From contig JADIIX010000015.1 in assembly GCA_027604505.1 (NCBI GenBank), forward strand, positions 186,001 through 238,935: a stretch of 52,935 nucleotides of DNA, given 5' to 3'. Below are positions 41,631-52,935 of the stretch, one piece after another (position 1 is the stretch's first letter; the number at the start of each line of letters is the position of its first letter). Position numbers and translations under genes: made by a program. Source of the DNA: Gonapodya sp. JEL0774 (taxonomy: Eukaryota). The notes under the pieces were generated by a model. It worked only from the letters and a program-made list of their open reading frames with translations, was not told the DNA's origin and did no database searches.

Positions 41631-44305
41631 TCAAATCCCGCCACCGGACATTCCCGACCCAACTTCATCTGCTGGTATGTTACCGAAAGACTGCAACGCA
41701 ACGACTTCTGTGGGAATGAGCTGCACAGCAGCGGAGTGGAACTTTTGGTAATTGGTTGATGCTGGGAGACTCTGGGATTGTGTCGTGAAAGTACCAGGGT
41801 CGGGCCCTCGAACGTCAAAACGGCGACTTTGGTCAGAGAGCTTTCATCAAGATTTTAAGAATATTGGGAAAGTCGTGCGTGATGAGAGCTTAGGATGCAG
41901 AGGCAACCACTTCAACCATTTCACCTGCAGGCCCACATTGAGAGGCACGCTCCGCACAGTAGCCGTGCGACCAGTGCTGTTTGTTCCGCTAACGAGAGAG
42001 CCAGTTTGGGCCCATGGAGTACCAAGAGGGCGGGATGCATTTCGGAGGGCAAGGGAGCCTCCGGATGGCCCCGGAGGTGAGATCCCAAACGGAGTTAAAT
42101 CAAGGTAATCACTGGGATATGGTTGGGAAAATCAATTAGAGGGAGCACATAACTTTTTAAAGCAATTGATTCGCAGCAGCTCACAGAGGGCTGATGTCGC
42201 ATGTAGTTCAGAAGCCGGTAAACGCATATTGATCATCTAGCTGACTCGATACCAATCCTTCAACAACATTCCGATTGCCCCTGTGACGAGCTTGAATCGT
42301 GTGAACCGTGTTTGTCAAAATCAGTGCATCAGTGCATCTATATTAAAACCTTCGAATACCCACATTCGTCCCAAATCCCCAGCCATCTCTGAAGATAGCT
42401 TGCAAGTTCACAGCATTCATCGGAAAGAGAGCGATCTCGTCCTCGTTCAGAGGGTTGTACTTCGTCATTACAAGGTGTGTGAGGTCAGGGAGAGCAAGTA
42501 GAAGGTGAATACTCTGGTGCAATCCCACCTTGTCCAGAACCAAAAAGGGTTGACCTTGGAAGGGCAGAGTATCCTCGTGAAGAAGGTTCAGGGATGCCGC
42601 AAAGTAATGGAACAATGGCTGTTGCAAACGTTCACGTTCGATCGGGGGAGCTCCACTTCAGCACGAACAGTGGTACGTACATGGATCTGTGATGTCCCAA
42701 TTGAGTATAATCGAATATGTAAGTACTTGAAACTCCGCTGAGATGGACACACAGTCGCATCTTGTTGGTCAACGTACTATTGACTCAGTAGGACAATAGG
42801 CGCCATTTTCCAAAGATTCAGTGGCATTTGACGAAGGGAGAACCTTTCGAGAAATGGCGGTTGAAAGGGAGTTCGGTGCTTCGGAATGGCATGCGGCCTG
42901 TGTGCTCAAAATACTAGGGAGCAAGAGATCAAGAACAAAACATGAAGATATTTGCTTCCACTGATTCCTTGGTGATGAACACTCACAGATCAGACTTTGG
43001 GGATAATATCGTGGTGGGGTCTTTGAGGGAAATCTGCTTGGTTGGCTCAACGGCAGTTGACTTTGAATCGTCATTGAAACCCGTGCTCAAAGATGGCGAA
43101 GAGGGACTGTCCACCGCAGTAGAATTTACTGCGTGCGATGCACCACTTTCTAGGGTGGGGTATCGTTCCAGTAGTTGGCAGGTCGGGGGTGGGTCGCCTG
43201 AGGTTGCGCAATTATCCGGAGGGCTCCCGGGCACCGTGGATTTGCTGCATGTTTGCACCGATGAGAAAACAGCATTAATGTGCGTCATAGCCCAAAGGAT
43301 GAAGTCTGACGCCACTCTTGGGCGCAACTACTCACGCTTGATTGTCGTCTGGATGGCGGATTTTGCGCCTGGAGCGGTAGAGGATCGCACCGCCGGCCAG
43401 TAAAGCCAAAACTCCACCAACCGCTCCTCCGATTGGCCCTGCCAAGCTGGAACTGGAATTCGGAGAGCCAGAAGGAGCACTAGTGCTCGATGGTGGAGGG
43501 CTTGTTCCGCTGTCGGCACCCGTACCTCTCGTTCCGGTTGACCCACCGGATCCTGGTGCAGGTTCCGGAGAAATTATTGCACCCGTGCCGATACCAGAAC
43601 CGGATAAACTGGGGTTGGGGGAGATGGTACCTAGAGTGGTTGCACTTGTTAGTTGACGACAGCGAAGGCCGGAGAGAATCACAACACCGATCTACAGCAG
43701 CGGAAGCGGTCGATGTTTGGGCTGAGTGGAAACAGTGAGAGTACCGCTTTAGGAATCTTCGGCGTATTAGACTCGCCGCAAACTCACATCGCCCAGTAGT
43801 TTGCACATTTGCACCAGTGGGTTGTCCTGGCAGTGGCACATTTGTGGGCCCGATTGATGGCGGGGGGTTTGATGGTTGGCCTGGCTGTGGAGGCGGTGGA
43901 ACAGCGGGGGGAGGAACAACGGCAGGAAGGGGAGGAAAGAAAGNNNNNNNNNNNNNNNNNNNNNNNNNNNNNNNNNCCCGCCCCCCCCGCCCCCCCGCCG
44001 CCCCGCCCCCCGCCCCCCCCCCCGCCCGGGGCCCCGGCCCCCCCCGCCGCGCCCCCCCCCGGGGCGGGGGGCGGTAGTGCGGGTGGCTTCATTGGGGTCC
44101 CGTCCGTTCCGTATTAACCATCTTCGCATCATGCAAACTGATATACCGGTTAACAATCACTCACAAAAGCATCGAATATCCCAATGCATACTCCGTTGCA
44201 GCTTTTCTCCGAACATATTTGTCCATTTGCTTGCTCGGGCATCAAGGCGAGAAAGATGGTGACGATCAAGAGTGCGAGAAGGATCACTCTGCTGGAGGAC
44301 ACCAT
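41631..44305 (-). CDS. Type I membrane protein: signal peptide, Cys-rich ectodomain, S/T/P stalk, TM, cytoplasmic SH3-like domain
   Basis: Signal MVSSSRVILLALLIVTIFLALMP, TM LAGPIGGAVGGVLALLAGGAILYRSRRK and SH3-like YNPLNEDEIAL...FRDGWGFGTN. The 3' end is approximate and there is an N gap at 43944-43976. Confidence 0.65.
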
Positions 44306-44909
44306 TTTGATAGCTCCCGTGCAGAATCCACGGTCACGCCTTCCTTCCGTTGTTTGAGAGCTCTAAATACAATAAATGAATTTCTTCGTGTCCGGAGCTT
44401 CTGTGGCCTTTGGGACTGGAGTGAGGCACACCCATCCAAGACTTGCTCTTGCGAAGGGACGGAAGTGATCCATACGATTCCAAGCATAGCTACGTAGCGA
44501 TAGCAGTAACAAATATAATAGGCGTGTCGACTATCGTTTTCACTTTGAGCGGCAGGGGGTTGCCTGCCACTTCACGATCGTCATCACAGTTGTTCACTCG
44601 CAATCGTCACTTTTAAAATTGAGCCCGCGTATAGAATATGGGCACTCAGCACGTGGCATGGGGGGTGGGTCATCGACATAAATTATCCTGGGGTAGGGAG
44701 TTGGCAGGTAAATTTGGGCTGTCTGCTCACTCGCGTAGCAAATAAGTAAGTTAGTTGGTCCATTCTGCTCTGAGAAGGTATTGAAACACTGGGGGAATCT
44801 GTACGATACCAAGATGAAGTAATAGTTCAGTAGATTACTGTCGAGTACTCTTGTGGCATTACCACACAATCACATCTCACTCATCTCACACTCAAGGCCT
44901 ATCACTACT

Positions 44910-45068
44910 GGTAGCACACTCAACAGATGACTCCACACCTGGAAGGAGCAGATCATTAGTCTCGGCAAATGCACCAGGTAAGCCTCGGTTCTTGTTGGTG
45001 GACAATAGCTTACGACATTCAACCACTGATTCTTGAAGTAGCTTGAATGTATGGGACCCTCTCAGCAG
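44910..45068 (-). pseudogene. Inverted, diverged fragment of the neighbouring 45.4-47.5 kb ORF
   Basis: FKLLQESVVECRKLLSTNKNRGLPGAFAETNDLL...VESSVECAT (minus strand) versus YKLLQEVVIECRKLWSTNKNQGLPGAFAKSNNLL...VESSLECAT at 45840-45997 (plus strand). Confidence 0.8.
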
Positions 45069-45428
45069 CAAAAGCAGTTGAGCCGGACCTGCTGAATCAA
45101 TCACCTTGCGGGAACTTTGTGTCTTAGCATCCAAAAATTTGATTCCAGTGAGTAATTGCGAGGGAAAATCGTATATTTTTATTAAAGTTACTTGTCTAAT
45201 TGGTGGTGTACATGTCGGACATGAACTCCCAACCCTGATCTACCCCCAGCGTCGCGCAATGGAGGTCTGCTGGCCCAAACAACCATACTGGGGGCAGCCC
45301 CTCCACCAACTCAGCCAACCATCCCCTATTCCATCAATCCTCATCAACTCACCTCGTTTCCGAGTCTCCATCTCCTCTCGCAGTTGTTCGACAGCCACCC
45401 TCCCCTGCTCCTGAGCCACTTTCCAAAT

Positions 45429-47493
45429 ATGGCCTCTAACCAGCTGCAAAAAAAATTTGCTCATCTCACTGTCGGAGAAACTACAGAGAATGACGCCTCA
45501 CTCATGGCCCTGGTCGAGGAGAAGACACCACGCTCCCTCATTCTCGGTTTCCTCGGATGGGGCCCAATGACACTCACCTCTCACACACGTTCCAGAACTG
45601 ATCAAAGGTTCTGTCGGCTATTGGCAAGATCACCGTGCGTCGGGTGAGACCCTGCGAGGACAAATTCCATGTGATCGTGTGGATGCTGGACACTGGCAGT
45701 GTGATGCTGTATCCAACATAGCCTTGTATTTTCCAGCTGTTGCAGCTGCAAGCACAACTTGTTTGTGAAATGGACAGAGAAACAACTCAAAGAGCAGTGT
45801 CTAACACAGACCTGAATGACATCAAGAGCCTTGTACTCACTGCAGAAGGGTCCCCGACTTACAAGCTACTTCAAGAAGTAGTGATTGAATGTCGTAAGCT
45901 ATGGTCCACCAACAAAAACCAAGGCTTACCTGGTGCATTTGCCAAGTCAAACAATCTGCTCCGACTCTGTGTGGAGTCATCTCTCGAGTGTGCTACCTGG
46001 GATGAAATCCTCCGTGAACATTCTGGGCCCATGTTGAAAGCAGTATGGTGAAAGACTGTGTCTCTGATATCCTTCAGTGTATCACGCACCTGGAGCCGAG
46101 AACCTTGGTTGCAAACAGTGCGGGAAATTGTCCAAGTACAATTGAGGACATGTTGAGTGACGGTCAGCAGGACAGAAAGGGGGGACAGAAATTGCAGAGA
46201 GTACCTGTGATGGTTCAGAAGAAGATCTCGAATGCGATATAGCAATGGACGAATTCACGCACGGTCAGGAAATGTCCCACAGCCTCTATTTCCACATGGT
46301 GGGCATCGCAGCAAAGTAAGATAAATGGTTTGACTCAAAGACTGCAGAGGAAAAGACCAGTGTTTTCAACTCGATCCGAGAACGCCTCAAGCAAGGGCTG
46401 CAACAACGTCTGTCCTCTCACCTTATTACCACAGGGACTCTCAAACGCGCGGTGGATGAATCAGAGTCTCAGCTTCAAACACGATGTAACACTTACGCTC
46501 TGTACAAGGGCGTCCTGCATCGGCGGATGAAGGAAGGAACCTTTGTAGTGGAGCAGTGGGAATCGGTTGACATGCAGGCAAAGCGTGCGATGAGAGATGA
46601 GCAAGCTTGCCTCCAAAAAGAACGTCGAGAGAGGTGTGGTACAGCAACGGCAGTTGTGTGTATCCACTGTAAACAAGAGATCTCAAAGACGCTTCAGCGT
46701 AAGCTGGAGGTTGCAGACTGGCCTCAGGACGAACGACTCGCAATCCACATACCTGGAGCCAGCTTCATCCACCCCAGCGCAGGGACTTGTACCATGAGCA
46801 GAAGTCGCATTTACACGGGATGGGATTTCGTGCCCAAAGACAATGCCATTGTTGGATGGGATGCCTCTTCTCGAGGACCTATTCTGGATTTATTGTTTGA
46901 GATTCACACATGCAGCCAAAACAGCGGTGGGAAAGGCAATGTACTCAATGAATTCCAGCTTTATGCTGCGATTGTCCACTATCTCCGTGTCTGGGCAGGT
47001 TCAGGCAACACCAACGCACAGTTCCTTCTTCGAGTATACAACCTTGTGATCCCAGACATTGCTGCATGTCGGGCAAGCAGCAAGTCACTGAAACAGGCAA
47101 AAATGTCCTTCACTACGAAAATAGACAACAAGATGAGAGCTTGGGTGAAGGAACGTAGGGTGAGAAAGATGGTACGGCAACTGGTCAGAAGGGAGCAGGC
47201 ACTCACGAACAGAATGACCAAGGATCCCAAGATCCTTTTGTTCCACTTTTCAACAGACAAGCACGCCACAGAGGATCTGGAGGCGCGGGGTTTTGCAAAG
47301 CAGCTGATGATGCGCTCAAGAGGTACAACGCAGTGAAGCGAGTACGTGAACAGGAGAGGAAAGAGAATGGGAACGACGGTAGCAAGGGTGAAAAAGGTGC
47401 GCGGGTTGGTGGGGAATCACAAGGGAAGGTTGTTCTCAAACGGGGGTTGAGTGAGAAGTGTGACAATGTTGCGAAGAGGCAGAAGAAAGAGTA
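45429..47493 (+). pseudogene. Disrupted ORF of unknown family (repeat-associated)
   Basis: Collinear coding-like segments 45429-45647, 45740-46051, 46045-46242 and 46452-47336, broken by TGA/TAG stops and frameshifts, with a basic K/R-rich end. Confidence 0.5.
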
Positions 47494-47899
47494 GATGGTG
47501 GAGAAGGCAGAGGGAGATGACAGACAGATCTTCTGTTGTGGCTGGATGGACTGATTGAGCGCGCTGCTGTTCCATGTAGTATTCGCTCGGCCCGTTACAA
47601 TCCTTGGAATCGGACTGATTGTTGTTCTTATAACCGAACCCTCATGGTTATCGCTTGAGTGTATCGGTAAATATGTAATTTGTATGTCTTTCCGGCGCTG
47701 AAATTTCCATTGTGCGATGAGACGAGAATCGATGGCGGCAGTCAATGTGTTCTGTAATCTGACAAGCTGCACTTGGGGTGCTGCACAAACTTTTACCAAA
47801 AAAAAACCATCAAACCCCGTCCAATCCACTCCGGACCACCGCCGTTCGACTGGGAATCGTTAAAATAATATTTCCTGGTGTTGAAAAGTCGAAAAAATC

Positions 47900-47907
47900 A
47901 AAAAAAA
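47900..47907 (-). terminator. Pol III T-run terminator of tRNA-Gly
   Basis: T8 on the minus strand 4 nt after the tRNA discriminator base. Confidence 0.75.
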
Positions 47908-47911
47908 TTTC

Positions 47912-47992
47912 TGCAACGGCCGGGAATCGAACCCGGGTCTGGCCCGATCTGCTGCTTGGCAGGGGCCAATTCTACCACTAGACCACCGTTGC
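47912..47992 (-). tRNA. tRNA-Gly(GCC) with 10-nt intron (47956-47947)
   Basis: Acceptor stem GCAACGG/CCGTTGC+A, A box TGGTCTAGTGG, anticodon arm GGCCC-CT-GCC-A[AGCAGCAGAT]C-GGGCC and T arm CCGGG-TTCGATT-CCCGG. Mature length 71 nt. Confidence 0.96.
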
Positions 47993-48158
47993 TTTGTTTG
48001 GTCTGGAGCCCTTGATGCGTAATGGAGTATAACGCTTTAGGTGTGTGCCGTTGCCTTGCTTGGCCGGAAGGAACTCAACATTCGGCAATATATTAAATAA
48101 CTTAAAACTTTTTTGGAAGCTACGCCAGACCCAATGTGTGGCTGAGGCCGGGCGGCGT

Positions 48159-48235
48159 GCAGGGGCCAATTCTGCCACTAGACCGCGATGATCATGGCAG
48201 GAAGTCACTAGACCGCGATGATCATGGCAGGAAGT
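48159..48235. repeat. 26-nt tRNA-Gly fragment overlapping a perfect 30-bp direct repeat
   Basis: 48159-48184 matches 47959-47984 at 25/26 nt. CACTAGACCGCGATGATCATGGCAGGAAGT occurs at 48176-48205 and 48206-48235. Confidence 0.9.
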
Positions 48236-48333
48236 GAATTGAGTTTCATGGGCCTGCTTCACAGAGCAAAAGACAAAATTTGCGACTATAACTCTGGTAA
48301 TCAAAAAGAGGGGAAGAGATGTTCTCTATGAGA

Positions 48334-48460
48334 ACAAATCTAAGCAACAAAGGCTTAATCTCAGCAGATTGTAGTAACAAGACTACTCTACTGCTTACAA
48401 TACCGCGTTGCGATGTTTAAGTCATCTGCAAAGGATTTATCCATTCCAATATTTGAAATT
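48334..48460 (-). pseudogene. Orphan fragment of the 25S/28S rRNA 3' terminus
   Basis: Minus strand reads GGTATTGTAAGCAGTAGAGTAG..TTGTT..TACAATCTGCTGAGATTAAGCCTTTGTTG...GATTTGT, the conserved fungal LSU 3' end. No other rDNA is present nearby. Confidence 0.9.
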
Positions 48461-48999
48461 GGTATCAAGCTGTTGGTTTGTTTGATTGAAGCTTGTATGA
48501 ACTTCAAAAATTATACATAAATATATGAGTAAGAAAAATTACAAGGTGTACGTCGCTCACCACAGCATTTGGACCAACTCATGAGCTGCGCAAGATCTGG
48601 AATGCCCCTTGGCACACCAGTCGTGATGCCAAGCCCAGGGTGCTTGGAGTGCACGTTAGCTGCACTTGTTATCATCTGGACACATTCACAATGTTCTCAA
48701 CGCCACCATTCTTGGAGTTGGAGTGTGGCGCCACAGACTTTGATCCATGCCCCTGGCAGGATTGATCTGGAATGCAGTAATGATGAGACAGGCATATCAC
48801 AGAAGGAACCCAATGGTAGTTGCTTTTTGCAACTGCTTCTTGGTGCACTCCAAAACTGGCATCCCTCTTCAGCAATCTGCCCCCCCTTCTCACCCAACCC
48901 CACCAATTGCGCTGTGTGCAGAGAGGATAACCTGGAGACAGACGCAGATGGAGTCCCTATTGGGAGAAAACTTTGAGACGAAGCCAAACTGCACTGTGG

Positions 49000-51450
49000 C
49001 GTCTGCAATTCGAGTTAGACCAAACGTCCAACCTCATGAGTACTTGGACGCACGTTCAAGGATTAAGTGTGAGGATCAGGTAATCTCACGCTGGCAAATG
49101 GGACTTGTCTTGTCGCATGAGGACTGCATCAAATGTCAAGGGACCATGTGATAGAGTGCTCTGGAGTTGGACCAGCAGTGGAGAGGTGCCTGCAGTTGAT
49201 CTACCCCTGCCACACGTTCGAGACGGCACCAATGTCATGGATCACCTAATCAACTGTGTGCCGTGAGATATGGGTCCAGTTTTGGTGAAGACCTTGGTGG
49301 ATGCTATCAACAGGATGGAGTGGTGCTGTCGTGGACACGCCAGGATGGAGTCAGGGTTCTTTGGGGTCCCCTAATCCCATTGTAAGCTTTTGTGTGACTG
49401 AGGGTGGTCATTGTGTACTTGGTGGCTTTCAACCGTAGACTTGAGGGACTTAACTCCCTTCATACTGTGGTAGTATTCGCAGTCTACTCTGTAGAGGCGC
49501 TTGACATAGGAGATGACAACTTCCTTTAATAAATCCTTGATAAACTTTCCCTTGGGTTAAAAACTAGATATTGCAGGGTGTTATGACCAAGAGAACTTGG
49601 ATAGCAAGAAATCTGAAACTCAGAAACTGCAAGAGTAAATATTGGAGATCAGTCAGTCTTCACATAGTACTTGTGCAGAACCTCCAAACCAGCATGAGCA
49701 GCCAGTCTGATCTCAGGTAAAACTGATGTTTCTGCTTGCCTCTCAAAGAATCCAAATAAGTCATTAAATGCCAAAGTAGCTGAGTTGATGGTTGCATAAG
49801 TGGATGTGCTAACAACAGTTGCCACATCTGAGACTAGCTTGTGCACATTCCCTCTTTGACAGAAGAAACTTCTGGACCCGTGGCTGAACTTTGTCCACAC
49901 TGGACTCATCAATTGCCTATGATGATTGATGAACAAACATTAAACCTGAATGGCATATCTAGCAAAGAACACTGTAACTTACCTTCCTCAATTTCACACC
50001 CTTAGCAAGCATTTTAAATGACAAATGCCATAGAGTGGCCACATCAATGATCAATTTAAGTGACTTGAGACCAAGCTGTGTCTAAAATGTTTCGCAAAGT
50101 TGGGGACTCTTGAGGATTGCAACAATGAAAGTCCAGAGCTTGAGTCAGAAGTTGAGTGAATAAAAACTCTACCCATGTACCATGCTTCACAAATCCCAAG
50201 ACAAACTCAATATCACTTACTTTTGCAAATGGAGACACACTCTTGGCTGCATCTTCAGTCAGATCATCTTGTTCATCAACCTCATTGATCGCATAAGTTA
50301 GCTTGTCAACTGCTTCAAACTTATCACCGTGTTTATGAATTTGTGATCTCAAGACACTGATCATGGCATTTGCTACCAAGTTCAGAGCATGACCAAAACA
50401 GAAGATGTGATTCTCCACAGAATCAAAACCGTTTGGCAGAGTGTGCCAAAAATCACAGCACAATAATCTCATCATTGTCAGTTACTACAGCAACAAGCTG
50501 AAAATGTGGGAAGAAGCTCCCAACTTACCTTTGAAGTTAGTCCATACAAATCCAAGACAGTTCCTAGAGTGGGCCCAAGATTCTCACAGGAGTGAGATCC
50601 AGATAGCTTTACCAGATCAAGAGCCTTCAAGACTGGAGTCCAAGAATTGTCCAGATCTTCAATGTAGTGAGCAGTGACACCAATAAATGTGTGTTTCATT
50701 CCAATAGTGGTCCACGTATCAGTGGTTACAGCAACTTCAGATGTGACACTCTGGTGGGAGAAATATGGCTTTGGTATGTGAAGTGTTTCTTTGAAAGCTC
50801 GGAGGAAAGAACTCACTCGGATCTCATCAATTATCCTCTTTTGTTCCACTTTGAACTCCCTATTGATGGACAATTTCACCCCTTTTGAGCTGAATGGATC
50901 AACAGAAGGTCAGATGGTGGCAACATCCTGACAAAGAGCCAAAACTGGAGGAAGGCCATTGACAGCCACAAGCTTAATGAACTCCTTGTAAAAAGTATTC
51001 ACAGTGTATTCCTGCCAAGGGCTTTGATTGCAGTTTCAATCCAGAACTATGCTGAAGGAAGACTCTGCCAAAACTCACTGGCACAGGGACTTTCCATACT
51101 GTTGCCAGCTGTGCACCTATTGGAAAGAATGCTGATAGCTGCTGTTGCCCATCTACAGGTTCCTCAAGATTCAGAAGTTGGTGAACAGAGGGGAGGATTG
51201 GGTGGAATCCCTTGACATACCATCTCCAATTGCTAGCTGTTGGTGACTCTGTTTTCAGAAGCGTTTTTCTACAAGAAAAACAAGCCGTGCCTTCTGATGG
51301 CCACTCTGTTGTGGAAAAAGAACAGGCGCACTCACAGATGATGGGTGTACGTCTCTCCTGCCTCAGCAATCCTTCCAGCCGATTCCTATCCAGTTTTCAA
51401 AGCATTCTCTGTATTTTCCATTCTTGAGGTGCTCTGATGTGACTGACAGT
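49000..51450 (-). mobile_element. Degenerate hAT-superfamily DNA transposase (BED finger + DDE core)
   Basis: BED-like C..C...SNWRWYVKGFHP, VAVTTDTWTT...FIGVTAHYI, SGSHSCENL, CFGHALNLV (CxxH) and LEVLHKYY, with many stops. TIRs and TSD were not identified. Confidence 0.85.
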
Positions 51451-52458
51451 TAGCCAGCAACTGATCCCGGTGACTGTCCCCCTGCTGAAGATAGATCAGC
51501 AGGGGCCTGCTGGGCCAGAAGACCCAATCAATGGAACATCATGTGATAGTTTGCTCATTTGATGTATTTGGACGTTGGGTTGTGACAAATGAATGGATTT
51601 CATGTGTGAGTGTTTCGTTGATTATATATTTGTGCATGTCGAGCATTGCTCCCAAGCCAAGCTCTAATGATTGAGCTCCAGTGCACCAATGCTGGAGCCA
51701 AATGAAGTAGAAATGGATTGACACGGAAACTCAAAGCTCAAATTTGGGCTCAGCTCAGCAAGCATCGAGCGAGCCCAATCTTTTGAGCTGCTTGTCATGG
51801 CGTGAATTGGGGCACCATCAAAGATAGGTTGGCTGTATGCCTTTTCTGCCCCCTCCACAACTTTGTGAAGAGAAGGGACCTGATAAACATTTTGTGATGG
51901 GACGGGTTGGAATTGATGAGAATCAAGGCTGAGAGTCCTAGATGAAATGTGTCTGGTCAGGCCTCATGCTGCAAGTAACCTGTCATACAAATATATGTCT
52001 ACACTATATATGTAGCGCTTGTCATACAACAATTTGTTGGGAGTAGTAGAAGCAGTACACTTAGTTCCTGAATGAGTCTGACAATGTTGCACTATAGAAT
52101 AGATGGAGAATTCATTGGAAAAGGAACCATTGCAGCCACTGTTCACTGAACAGTTAGCTACACCATGCACCAGGCAATTCCCACAACAACTTATGCACTG
52201 ATATTGAAGCAAGGGTGTGAACCTCTTAAAAGTAATACAACACATAACTGCTGTGTGACCCAAGGGCTACTGACCACTAAAACTCTCCAATGAGTTGCAG
52301 GCCTTTGCACACCTGTGCTTGGCAGATGAGCCTTGCAGCCAGGAGGCATGTTGTTGGATTCTTCCCAATCAAATTCTCCCTAACACAAGTGTATGTCTGG
52401 AGCCAGTGCCACAGACAACAGGGCAATCCTAGCCAGGTCTTTTTGCCAGCCAACTGTC

Positions 52459-52640
52459 AGGCCATAGGGGAGTCCCTCAGCCCTCCACCCAGCATTGCAC
52501 ACAATGAGTGTCACAGCAGTCTCACTCTGCAAGAGAAGATGGCCCTGATCCTGGGCCAGTGAACCATCAGGCAATAGGGGACTCCCTCCACCCAACATTG
52601 CATATGATGAGTGTCTTGGTGGTTTTACTCTCTAACAAAA
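52459..52640. repeat. Imperfect ~110-bp tandem duplication in CpG-depleted repeat DNA
   Basis: AGGC(C/A)ATAGGGGA(G/C)TCCCTC...CCACCCA(G/A)CATTGCA....ATGAGTGTC at ~52459 and ~52569. Confidence 0.65.
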
Positions 52641-52935
52641 AGATGTACTGATCCTGACTCTGCAGGTAGGTGAGGGTTGCCACTGCAGAGGTTGCACTCC
52701 AAATACTGACGTTATTTAGTCTTGCACCTTGTAGATTCTGTGCTGCAAGTAGGAACTGCCTCATGTATTATAAGTGGCTATAAAAACTACATGTTTGCTC
52801 TAAAAACTGTGCCAGTAATGGGTGTGGACCCTCTCTGTGCAGTGGCTGCAATGCCATGTTGTTGTGGTATTGACACCTTGCACATGACCACAGCCTACAC
52901 ATGCATATAAGGCACAACTAGCACCACATAATATG

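Noticed and set aside
48334..48460. Functional rRNA gene
   Set aside because: Only the last ~130 nt are present, with apparent decay mutations.

Overview
Eukaryotic, intron-rich, gene-dense genomic window (GT-AG introns, mostly 50-100 nt). The gene content suggests an early-diverging, chytrid-like fungus, which is an inference. Recognisable protein genes in order: PFS2/WDR33, a tail-anchored inositol 5-phosphatase, SYF2, coronin, an Elongin B-like protein, two tandem MFS monocarboxylate-type transporters, an M16 metallopeptidase, an MDR quinone oxidoreductase ending in PTS1 -AKL, a RhoGAP, ISA1 and a single-pass SH3 membrane protein. The most notable feature missing from the ORF track lies in the apparently empty gap at 28.0-28.6 kb. 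It is a spliced, apparently non-coding minus-strand host transcript whose two introns carry a snR190-like C/D snoRNA and U14. The last ~8 kb is a decayed accessory region: a broken duplicated ORF, an intron-containing tRNA-Gly(GCC), a partial copy of that tRNA, an orphan 28S rRNA 3'-end fragment and a CpG-depleted hAT transposase relic. Gene boundaries were read by eye, so exon structures are approximate.
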